This document shows, piece by piece, positions 21,629 to 30,569 of a DNA stretch of 45,168 bases (positions within the stretch are counted from its first letter, which is position 1; the number at the start of each line of letters is the position of its first letter). A program made the translations under genes and the position numbers. The notes under the pieces are model-generated. The model ran no database searches. It had not been told where the DNA came from and saw only the letters and a list, made by a program, of their open reading frames with translations. Source of the DNA: an uncultured delta proteobacterium (GTDB lineage: Bacteria; Desulfobacterota; Syntrophobacteria; Syntrophobacterales; Syntrophobacteraceae); the NCBI GenBank assembly GCA_963808625.1, contig CAWEHK010000047.1, forward strand, positions 1-45,168, in the 5' to 3' direction.

Positions 21629-21800
21629 GCTCAGGCAGGTTTTCTGACTCACGGATCGTCCTACTCGCCACACCTTCCCATCACGCTTGGCGCGCGGCAG
21701 TGGTCATCATGGCTTTCGTCCCCGTTTACAGCGGCGGGACCGCGACGGACTTGCACCGTCTTCCCTTTTGAATCCTCTCGCTCACGGATACCTGAACCCA
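21629..21800 (-). ncRNA. Cobalamin riboswitch
   Basis: Minus strand AAAAGGGAAGACGGTGCAAGTCCGTCGCGGTCCCGCCGCTGTAA...CCACTG...GGGAAGG...GAGTCAGAAAACCTGCC (B12 box) upstream of cbiC. Confidence 0.95.
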
Positions 21801-21931
21801 TACCTTATCAAAGAACACAGCAAACGATTAAAGAGACGGCCTCTGGAAGGCTATGCCTCCAATAATCTCGAAACCCGCTCCCTCACCCGGCGTGGCCAAA
21901 CCACCCGGCAACCCGGCTGGAAGTCCGGAGA

Positions 21932-21960
21932 AGCCTACCCTATTTAATATTTGACGTCAA
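21932..21960 (-). promoter_or_regulatory. Putative sigma70 promoter of the cobalamin cluster
   Basis: TTGACG-17 nt-TAGGCT on minus strand, ~130 bp upstream of the riboswitch; -35 lies within palindrome TTGACGTCAA. Confidence 0.55.
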
Positions 21961-22029
21961 TCTTTATGGCGATGCTGAGGATGCCGGAGGCGGTGACAGC
22001 CCGCCGCGTCATGAAAAAGCTAAAAAGCT

Positions 22030-22058
22030 TTGACCCGCGTTGGTTATGTGCTTAGATT
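22030..22058 (+). promoter_or_regulatory. Putative sigma70 promoter of the UPF0182 gene
   Basis: TTGACC-17 nt-TAGATT. Confidence 0.5.
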
Positions 22059-22123
22059 TAGGTGAAGAGCATCCACTTATGCCGGTTGAGGTAGAGGTTT
22101 TGAATTTGCCAGGACCACCATTT

Positions 22124-22182
22124 TGCAGGAGCGCCTCTTCGGCGCGATTTCATGAAGATCGCGGCAAAGTGCCGCTCCTACA
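22124..22182. repeat. GTAG-type REP doublet
   Basis: TGCAGGAGCGCC..GGCGCGAT / ATCGCGGC..GCCGCTCCTACA imperfect inverted pair. Confidence 0.6.
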
Positions 22183-22256
22183 GAAAACAGAATGATCATC
22201 TTTAACGAGAGTAGCTACTCATCGATGCAGTTTTTCTTCTCCACAAGGAGCAGAGC

Positions 22257-24882
22257 ATGAAGGACTGGAAACGCCGAGCAGCAATAGTGGCGGTGGCCTT
22301 AGTCGGCCTGGGAATCGTCTTCTTTGGACTCAGTTTCCTGACGGCCGGCTACCTGGTGGACATCTGGTGGTTCGAATCCCTGGGGTATGCCTTCTACTAC
22401 TGGCAACGCCTGCTCTATCGCTACCTTGTCTTCGCTTCGGTTACGGTCTTGTTCTTCCTCATCTTCTTCCTGAATTTCTGGGTTGCCTCCCGCTACCTGG
22501 GAGCGGCAACGCCATCACCGGTTGCGAGCAGGTCACCCGCACCCAAAGCCTACCAGGATCTCCTGAAGATGTTCCGGGCGGGATCGCTCTGGGTTTATAC
22601 CCCGGTATCGCTCGTGCTTGCCATTGTCGTTGCCTATCCTCTCATGCAGCAATGGGAAGCGTTTTTGCTTTATCTCTTCGGACCCGCCATGGGGATTTCG
22701 GACCCGGTCTATGGCAAGGACGTCAGTTATTACCTGTTCTCGTACCCCATCTATACGTTGCTCCAGCGACGGCTGCTGATCGCCTTTCTGCTGCTTTTCA
22801 TCGGCTTGATTGTGCTCTATTGGCTGGAACACCGCATCCTCATGCAGCAGGATCGGCGCATTCCGGGAGGCGCCAGGTGGCATCTCAGCCTGCTCATCCT
22901 CCTGGTTTTTTTCATCGAAGTGTGGGATTACGTCCTGCAGCGACATGCTCTGCTCTATACCGATGGCCACCTGCCCCTCTTCTTCGGCCCCGGTTTCGTG
23001 GAGATGCGGATTGTCCTGCCGCTCATCTGGCTATCGCTCCTGTTACTGATGGCGACCGCCTTTTCGCTTATGTTCGCGATCCACAACGAGAGGTTCATCA
23101 AGGTTTTCATCCCGGTGGCCGTGCTTTTCGTGCTGGCTATGGGAGTGCGCTATTCCAGCTTCGTCCCCGAGGCGGTTGAGAATTACATTGTCAAGCCCAA
23201 TGAAATCAGCCGGGAGAGTCCCTTCATTGCGGCCAACATCAAGGCTACCCTCGATGCTTACCAGCTCACTCGCGTGGAAACCCGCAATTTTGACCCGGAA
23301 CGGGTCCCGACCGATCTTGCCGTCCCCAGCATCCAGGCGGGACTGCGCAACATTCCGGTATGGGACGGGGAGTTCCTGGAAGCGGTGTTTGAACAGTTGC
23401 AGCAACTGCGGACCTATTACGACTTTTCCGGCGTGAATGTCGGCCGGTATACGGTTAACGGCGTCTACCAGCAGGTCTTTCTGGCAGCACGGGAGCTCAA
23501 TCACAAGCAGCTCCCCGCAGGAGCACGCAACTGGATCAATGAGCACATGTCTTACACCCACGGCTACGGCGCGGTGATGACCCCGGCGAGCCAGGGTGGG
23601 GATGAACCCATGACCTGGTTTCTCCAGGGCATTCCCCCGGAATCCCAATACGGCTTTGAGATCGAACAGCCGGGAATCTACTTCGGGCTGGAGGACTTCC
23701 ATTACATCATCGCGCCCAACGATGCCGGCGAGATCGACTATCCCAGCGGCAACACCAACGTCATGGCCAACTATCAGGGCCGGGACGGCGTTCCGGTGTC
23801 ATCGCTCTTCCGGAAGCTCCTCTTCGCCGTTTATTTCGAGGACCGGAATATCTTTTTCACCACCAAGACCAACGACCGGAGCAAAATTCTTTACCGTCAG
23901 AACATCGTCGAGAGGATCGCGACGTTGACTCCCTACCTCCGCCTGGATCGCAGCCCTTACCTGGTCGTGACCCCCAAGCGGCTCTACTGGATCCAGGACG
24001 CCTACACCGTTTCCGACTGGTATCCCAATGCCACCCCGTCCAGCCCCGGAGAAGGGCGCCCCGAATTACCTCCGCAATTCCGTAAAGGTGGTGGTCGATG
24101 CCTACCATGGGACCGTTGATTATTATATCTTCGACCCCCAGGACCCGATCATTCGGGCCTACAGCAGGATCTATCCGGGGACGTTCAAAGACGCGCGCGA
24201 AATGCCGCCGGAATTGCTGCCCCACGTGCGCTATCCCCAGGACCTTTTTGAAATCCAGATGAGCATCTACGCCAAGTATCAGCAAACCGATCCCGAAGTC
24301 TTCTACCAGCAGGAAGACCGGTGGGAATTTGCCAGGACCTACAGCGGCAACCAGGCCGTCGCGATCAAACCCTATTACCTGACACTCGACCTGATCGACC
24401 CGCACCGTTTCGACTTCCTCCTGCTCGCGCCGATGAGCCCCAAGGGACGGGACAACCTGCGGGCGCTGGCCATCGTGGGCTGCGATCCGCCGCATTACGG
24501 GAAGATCATTGTTTACAACTTCCCCAAGGGAAAGCTGGTGTATGGCCCCTCGCAGATCCATGCCCTGATCAACCAGGACACCAGGATCTCTGAGCAGTTC
24601 ACGCTGTGGGACCAGGTCGGGTCGCAGGTTGAGCGCGGCAAGATGATTATTCTACCGGTCGGGAAAGTTATGCTCTATATCCAGCCCATCTATCTGCAAT
24701 CGACAACGAGGCTGAAGATCCCGGAATTGAAACGGCTGATCATGAGCCAGGGGGAGATTGTGGTGATGGAGCCGTCCCTCGAGGAAGCCTATGTCAAACT
24801 CCAGGAACGGATCAAAATCGACACCCAGCGGCAGGACAAGCGGTTTCATCCGCTCCTGCCTCAACCGGGGCCCAGACCGTAA
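22257..24882 (+). CDS. UPF0182 family membrane protein (frameshift ~24050)
   Basis: WWFESLGY, DPVYGKDVSYYLF, QQLRTYY.F, YTHGYG, WIQDAYT, NYLRNSVKVVVDAY.G, YP.DLF.IQ, YGP.QI. Confidence 0.93.
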
Positions 24883-25131
24883 CGAAAGGAAAGGACCCGG
24901 TTTTGTCAAAACGGGTCAATTGTCCTGCCGAGTTGCTTCCTGGGAGCGGGAGCATCCGCGCCCAAGGGTGATTCGTCCGATGAGGTTGAGTGCAGAAGCA
25001 AGGGTTTGCTTTTTGGGAGCGCGGACATTCTTGTCCGCGATTGATGATGCGGGATCGCATCCTCAATCGATCTAACCAAAGGGGACGGCTGAGCGCCGTT
25101 TCCTAAAGAGAACGACCGAAAGGAACGGAGG

Positions 25132-25713
25132 ATGTTGAAAGAATTGGTGACACGGAGCCGAAGCTACCGGAGATTTTCCCGGGAAATCGCGGTCGATATC
25201 GAAGTATTACGGGAGTTGATCGAACTGGCGCGATTCTCGCCATCCGGAGGGAATCTGCAGCCGCTGAAATACGTTCTATCCAGCGACGGCACAACCAACG
25301 ATCTGATTTTCGGACACATCACCACCTGGGCCGGCTACCTCAAGGATTGGCCGGGGCCGGCGGAGAAAGAGCGCCCGTCCGCTTATGTCATCCTCCTCCA
25401 CGACAAGGCTCTCGGGGGCACGCCCGGCTATGACGCCGGCATTGCGGCCCAGAGCATCCTCCTGGGAGCGGTGGAGAGAGGCTTGGGGGGCTGCATCATC
25501 GCCTCGGTAGCACGCGAGAAGCTGAAAGCGGCGCTCGACCTGCCCGAGGGCCTGGACATTCTTCTGGTGCTGGCTCTCGGTAAACCGGCGGAAGCAGTTG
25601 TCATCGATCCCCTGGGAGTTGATGGAAAGATCGAATATTGGCGAGATAATCAGGGCGTGCACCATGTCCCCAAAAGGCCTCTCGAGGAGCTCATCTTCAA
25701 GGAACTCACATAG
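25132..25713 (+). CDS. Nitroreductase family protein
   Basis: RSYRRF, SPSGGNLQP, DAGIAAQSILLGA..GLGGC, HHVPKR. Confidence 0.93.
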   Translation: MLKELVTRSRSYRRFSREIAVDIEVLRELIELARFSPSGGNLQPLKYVLSSDGTTNDLIFGHITTWAGYLKDWPGPAEKERPSAYVILLHDKALGGTPGYDAGIAAQSILLGAVERGLGGCIIASVAREKLKAALDLPEGLDILLVLALGKPAEAVVIDPLGVDGKIEYWRDNQGVHHVPKRPLEELIFKELT

Positions 25714-25835
25714 CCGGGAACAGGGCCTTTTTGGTTGAACATGGCGCGGTTTGGCATCGTTAGAAAACGATGAAGCAAACCGAGTTTTTCAAATGAGCTT
25801 TTTAGGCTGGGCTTATTCTCCTGAGCTTTTTGACC

Positions 25836-25864
25836 TTGACACGCCCCCTGAAATTGGCTAGGTT
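25836..25864 (+). promoter_or_regulatory. Putative sigma70 promoter of the tRNA
   Basis: TTGACA-17 nt-TAGGTT about 80 bp upstream of the tRNA. Confidence 0.6.
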
Positions 25865-25945
25865 TCGTGCGCCTGGATCAGGGTGGCACATGACATGGCC
25901 GTTTCTTGGCTCCCGCTCCGGGTGGTGCCAAATCGAGTCAGGAAA

Positions 25946-26021
25946 GGGCCGTTAGCTCAACTGGTAGAGCAGCTGACTCTTAATCAGGAGGTTTGGGGTT
26001 CGAGTCCCTAACGGCCCACCA
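25946..26021 (+). tRNA. tRNA-Lys (CTT)
   Basis: GGGCCGT acceptor stem, D-arm TAGCTCAACTGGTAGAGC, anticodon arm CTGA CT-CTT-AA TCAG, GTTCGAGTC T-loop, encoded CCA; 76 nt. Confidence 0.97.
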
Positions 26022-26038
26022 AGAAAATCAAGGGGTTA
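25973..26038 (+). repeat. att core, left copy (3' half of tRNA-Lys plus 17 bp)
   Basis: CTGACTCTTAATCAGG...CCCACCAAGAAAATCAAGGGGTTA, identical to 36374-36439. Confidence 0.95.
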
Positions 26039-26116
26039 CGGATTTTGGCCTGTGACCCTTTTTTGTTGGTGTGTAAATAGTGTGTAAATCTTCGCCGCTG
26101 AACACCCAAAAACGAA

Positions 26117-26145
26117 CAAAAGGCCCGGATCACTCCGAGCCATTT
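26117..26145 (-). terminator. Rho-independent terminator after the cargo gene
   Basis: Minus strand GGCTCGGA-GTGA-TCCGGGCC-TTTTG. Confidence 0.6.
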
Positions 26146-26260
26146 CTCACCAAATGAAATTTCCCATCACTTCACCAGGCCCCGCGAGGGCGAGCCGGAC
26201 CTGCCGGAGGTCATGTAATGCCGCTGCCGTGAACTGGCAAATAGTCAAAGGGCCAAATTA

Positions 26261-26428
26261 TCAAGGTCCGCCGCGCACACACCGGACGTAATAGTATGTA
26301 GGTCTTATAGTCCGCAATACTGCGTAGCCATCGTTGAAATTCACGCCCCACGCGCAGTCCGGGTAGTCGCCGACGGTACTGCTCGACCAGTAATAGTCCG
26401 AGCGGCAGTCAAACACCGGATCGATGGC
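26261..26428 (-). repeat. DGR-type variable repeat (VR), C-terminal copy
   Basis: Matches 28011-28175 except at positions 1-2 of NNC/NNT codons and a short indel-shifted stretch. Confidence 0.8.
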
Positions 26429-28830
26429 CGGGCTGTCTTGATCTTACCACGATGGTCTATCAGTTCATCGATCGGTGGCAGGCGCCAGTCGTCATGGCCG
26501 CCCAATACCAGGTTTGCACAATATTGACCGGCATCAGCCCAGTTTCGCCTGTCCCGTCATCGCCCTTTTGCCACATGAGCCCAGTCTTATTGTCCGTAAC
26601 CGTCCCATCCCCATTATTCACATACCTCAAAGTGAAAGTGAAGTTGAGATCGCTTCGTGCAGCGCTGAAATCCATTGAACCCGGAAAGAAACTGTTGTCG
26701 TCCTTGAGGGCGTGACCCTGTAGGTGGCGCCGCTGGCGAACCCTGACTGGCTCCAGTTTCCGTTTGAGTCTGTGGTCACGGCGTAGGAACCGTTCACGCT
26801 CCCGGAGATCAGGCTAAAGGTCATGGTTACCCCGGAAATTCCTGTCCCCGTCACTCGTCGCCACCCGACCCGAGACGCTAAAGACTGTGGCAGGGTCTAC
26901 CGGCGTTACACTGTTGGATGGACTTGAGGCCGGACCGGTTCCAACCGCGTTGGTTGCCGTTACCGTGAAGGTATAGGCTGTCCCGTTGGTCAGCCCGGTC
27001 ACCGTTATCGGGCTTGACGCCCCGGTGGCCGTCTTCCCGCCAGGACTTGAGGTCACCGTGTACGAGGTGATGGGGCTTCCTCCGTCTGAAGCCGGAGCCG
27101 TGAAGCTTACCGTTGCCTGGGCGTTCCCTGCCGTTGCCGTTACCCCTGTCGGGGCTCCCGGTACTGTGGCACGGCGTTACACTGTTGGAGGGACTTGAGG
27201 CCGGACCCGTTCCAATCGCGTTGGTTGCCGTTACCGTGAAGGTATAGGCGGTCCCGTTGGTCAGCCCGGTCACCGTTATCGGGCTTGACGCCCCTGTTGC
27301 CGTCTTGCCGCCAGGACTTGAGGTCACCGTATACGAGGTGATGGGGCTTCCCCCGTTTGAAGCCGGAGCCGTGAAGCTTACCGTTGCCTGTGCGTTCCCC
27401 GCCGTTGCCGTTACCCCTGTCGGGGCTCCCGGTACTGTGTAGGCAGAGTCTACCGGCGTTACACTGTTGGATGGACTTGACGCCGGACCCGTTCCAATCG
27501 CGTTGGTTGCCGTTACCGTGAAGGTATAGGCGGTCCCGTTGGTCAGCCCGGTCACCGTTATCGGGCTTGACGCCCCTGTTGCTGTATTCCCACCAGGACT
27601 TGAGGTCACCGTATACGAGGTGATGGGGCTTCCCCCGTTTGAAGCCGGAGCCGTGAAGGTTACCGTTGCCTGGGCGTTCCCTGCCGTTGCCGTTACCCCT
27701 GTCGGGGCTCCTGGTACTGTGGCAGGGCGTTACACTGTTGGATGGACTTGAGGCCGGACCCGTTCCAATCGCGTTGGTTGCCGTTACCGTGAAGGTATAG
27801 GCGGTCCCGTTGGTCAGCCCGGTCACCGTTATCGGGCTTGACGCTCGCGAGTTGCCGTCTTCCCACCAGGACTTGAGGTCACCGTATACGAGGTGATGGG
27901 TTTTCCCCCGTCTGAAGCCGGAGCAGTGAAGGTTACCGTTGCCTGGGCGTTCCCTGCCGTTGCCGATACCCCTGTCGGGGCTCCTGGTACTGTGTAGGAA
28001 GGAATGCTCCAAGGTCCGCCGCGCACACACCGGACGTAATAACTGTAGTCAGTCTTATGGTCCGCGTACACGCCGCCACCGTGGAAATTCACGTACCACG
28101 CGTGGCCGGGTTGTAGACGTAGGTACTGCTCGACCAGTAATTGCCCGAGCGGCAGTTAAACACCGGATCGATGGCAGGATCAAATCGGGAATAGTCGATA
28201 ATCGTTTCCAACTCATCAATGTTTGGCAGCCGCCAGTCATCATAACCGCCAAGAACCAAATCCTCACAGTACTGTTTGGCATCAGCCCAATTTCTATACT
28301 TTTCCATCATCAGCCCGCTGCCAGATCAAGCCGGTCTTGTGGTCTGTCACGGTTTCATTATTGTCCGCCAATGAATAACGGACGATGGAAACCTGCTTCG
28401 ATGAAGCCATTCTTGCTGCTTGCCACCACCGCACCGTAGTAATATTTCCCGGACAATCCGTTGATCGGGAATCCAATACCTTCGTGGTCGTCTTCTTGCT
28501 TTGCCCAGGCGCCAGTCCCTGTGGAAAATGTCACATTTTTCAATAGGCGGTCGGTAGCAGGGTCAATCGTCTTGTCCGTGGACAGGTAGAGCTCCACCTG
28601 GTAGGCACCTGAAGCTGCGTACCCTGGTTCTTCACAGTGTAGGTCACCGATATGGTCTGGTTAAGAAAGGCCGTAGCAGGACCAGAAACCGAAGTAACAA
28701 CCAGATTGGCCCCGGCACCTACCCCCGCGACCGGAAACTCATCCTGTGCTTGTTGCGCAAGCGAAATGGTTGCGATGAATCCCAGAAACAAGCAAATGAC
28801 TGCAATCAGGAAACTCTTCTGTGCTCTCAT
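26261..28830 (-). CDS. Secreted modular adhesin-like protein: signal peptide, CARDB-like, DUF1566 (Lcl C-terminal, CLec-like), 4x FN3, beta-sandwich, DUF1566; several frameshifts; putative DGR target
   Basis: [27 protein letters not shown]; two copies of TVTD.KTGL.WQ...W.DA..YC..L.LGG.DDWRLP.IDEL...YWSSST...AW.VNF...[12 protein letters not shown]3 repeats between them. Confidence 0.88.
26900..27995 (-). repeat. Four tandem near-identical FN3-coding repeats (270-282 bp units)
   Basis: GGGGCTCCYGGTACTGTG recurs at ~27151, 27422, 27704 and 27977; [19 protein letters not shown]...SNSVTP. Confidence 0.92.
28011..28175 (-). repeat. DGR-type variable repeat (VR), internal copy
   Basis: See 26261-26428; ends GGCGGACCT-TGG (read-through) instead of GGCGGACCT-TGA. 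Confidence 0.8.
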
Positions 28831-29021
28831 GATATCCTCCATATACGGCTAACGGTTGGATGAAACGTGAGAAGAAATTATTTTTTCACATGGATTTTAG
28901 AATAGCACATCCTCTGGAGGAAGTCAGAAAAAGTTGCGGTATAGTCATTTTACTGCTCCCTTCCCGCTGTTCACACTGGAAGGGTACACTTACTCCATTA
29001 CCCCGAGAGAGAAAATTGATT

Positions 29022-29408
29022 CTAGGCCGTCAAACGCCCTGCCACGTGTGCTATCTCGGGATGCTTAAGCCTTCCCAAGCGCATCCTTTTCTGTTCTTCC
29101 GAAATTACGATGTTCGGATTGCGGCCTAAACGATAGGGCCATAACTTGCAGTGAATACCCTCCTTATCGCTATTGCCAGGGCATTCCCGCACAAGAGAAA
29201 CGTCACCTCCCTGGCACCACAAGCAGACTTGCCTAATCAGCTTCACCGAAGGTCGGCCTTTACCCATGCGATAGCGATAGAACCAGCAGATGCCATTCTT
29301 ATCGCAACCTCCATTTAGGCACTTGTCGCTGCCGCAATTGTGGACTTCTTGAGCACTGCCTACACAGTCAACGCAGAATTTGCGTATCGCTTCACCGGGT
29401 GTGGTCAT
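29022..29408 (-). CDS. Cys-rich hypothetical protein (duplicated IR..C..C.G...V..C module)
   Basis: AIRKFCVDCVG..EVHNC...C.FYRYRMG and LIRQVCLWCQG..VREC...C.LWPYRLG. Confidence 0.7.
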   Translation of the reverse strand: MTTPGEAIRKFCVDCVGSAQEVHNCGSDKCLNGGCDKNGICWFYRYRMGKGRPSVKLIRQVCLWCQGGDVSLVRECPGNSDKEGIHCKLWPYRLGRNPNIVISEEQKRMRLGRLKHPEIAHVAGRLTA

Positions 29409-29738
29409 CGCTGTTGCTGCTCTCTCTTAAAAAGGTGCGTGCGTGTAGGTCGTGTGTGGTGCGAATCGAGTAAATTATCTGCAGGAGGATGAGGTGCAGC
29501 CGGTCCCCCTGCCGCCTCGAAGACTCTGCAACTTTTCAAGGAAAATTTTGGCCAGTGGTCATTCCAGAAATGCGTTGGTTTGGTGGGTACGGAAACCGCC
29601 ATCTCGATGATGGGTGCCAAGATATCGGGTTGAACCTGATAGATAATCCGGAGGTCTGTGGTTGATATACGGAATCACAGCGCGGTCCTAGCATCGAATC
29701 AAACTCGTAGTGTGTAAATGGTGTGTAATGTTGCGAGA

Positions 29739-30295
29739 TTATGTCTCGTCCAGGTCAATGATGTCGTCCTCTTCGTCGCCGGGGTCCTGAGTCTGGATGA
29801 TCTGCCGGGTGGCGTTACCAAACATCTGCATGACGTTGGCGGAAAGAACCACCTGGCTAGGACCAGTGAATATCTGCTGTAAGAAGTATCGATGGGGTGG
29901 GTGAAGCAAAAATGCCCATCGCCTGCCCTGCTCGTTTTTCTTTCTTGTCTGCCAATTCAAGCAAGTCTTTGTTCGCTGTTGCCAGTTTCGCGGCATCCTC
30001 TGGCGTTTCCTGTCGTGCTATTTCCTGCCAAGCCCGGTTCGCCGCGTCTAAAGCAAGCCGATGGTTCTCAAGGAGGGTCTCGCCGGTCTGCCGGGCAAGT
30101 TGCTCTGACAAGTCTCTGGATGAACCTTTTCAGGTCGGGTTTGTGAACCCGATGATGGACAGCATTTATTGAGAGCCCCACGGAAGCTGATATGTCTCGA
30201 ATACTGGCCCCCTGTGCTCTTAACGTTCCAATTTTTACATCCATCGCATTGTCAGGTATCGGTTGTGTCAGCTTGCTTTCTCCTTCGCTGTTCAT
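29739..30295 (-). CDS. HTH protein, possible terminase small subunit-like (frameshifted)
   Basis: LRAQGASIRDISASVGLSINAVHH HTH, helical middle, acidic tail EEDDIIDLDET; three overlapping ORFs; lies downstream of the primase. Confidence 0.5.
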
Positions 30296-30452
30296 CCTGA
30301 GCCTTTCAATGTGTCACCAACTCGAAAGCGCCACAGTTGGTTCCGTCTGTAGGCATTTTTGACAAGCTGCCGTCGTGTGGTTGTTCGCAGATGCCGGGTT
30401 TGTTTTGAGGGTCTGAAGTGTTCGGTGAGAAGTTGACGCAAGAGTCGCAATT

Positions 30453-30560
30453 ATGAGTTTCATGAGTTTCGAGGGTCTTTTTTCCCTGGTGTATATAATT
30501 GTCACTCTGCCAATTTTCACGCGTAGGGTGAAAATTGTCGTTGAAACTCATCAAACTCAT
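30453..30560. other. Candidate replication origin (inverted iteron pairs)
   Basis: ATGAGTTTC-ATGAGTTTC ... GAAACTCAT-CAAACTCAT flanking a spacer containing TATATAATT, directly downstream of the primase/helicase. Confidence 0.5.
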
Positions 30561-30569
30561 AGGTCTTGA

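Noticed and set aside
5014..24882. Programmed frameshifting or pseudogenisation of cbiG, cbiF, cbiET and UPF0182
   Set aside because: Single indels are scattered across unrelated genes, several in homopolymer runs, which fits long-read consensus error better.
26900..27995. Tandem repeats as a CRISPR array
   Set aside because: Units are 270-282 bp, encode FN3 domains and have no unique spacers.
26261..28175. One DUF1566 repeat acting as the template repeat (TR) for the other
   Set aside because: Both copies are coding, and many mismatches have non-A bases in both (TAC/GTC, GTC/GGC, TAC/GGC), so neither can be the adenine-bearing template.
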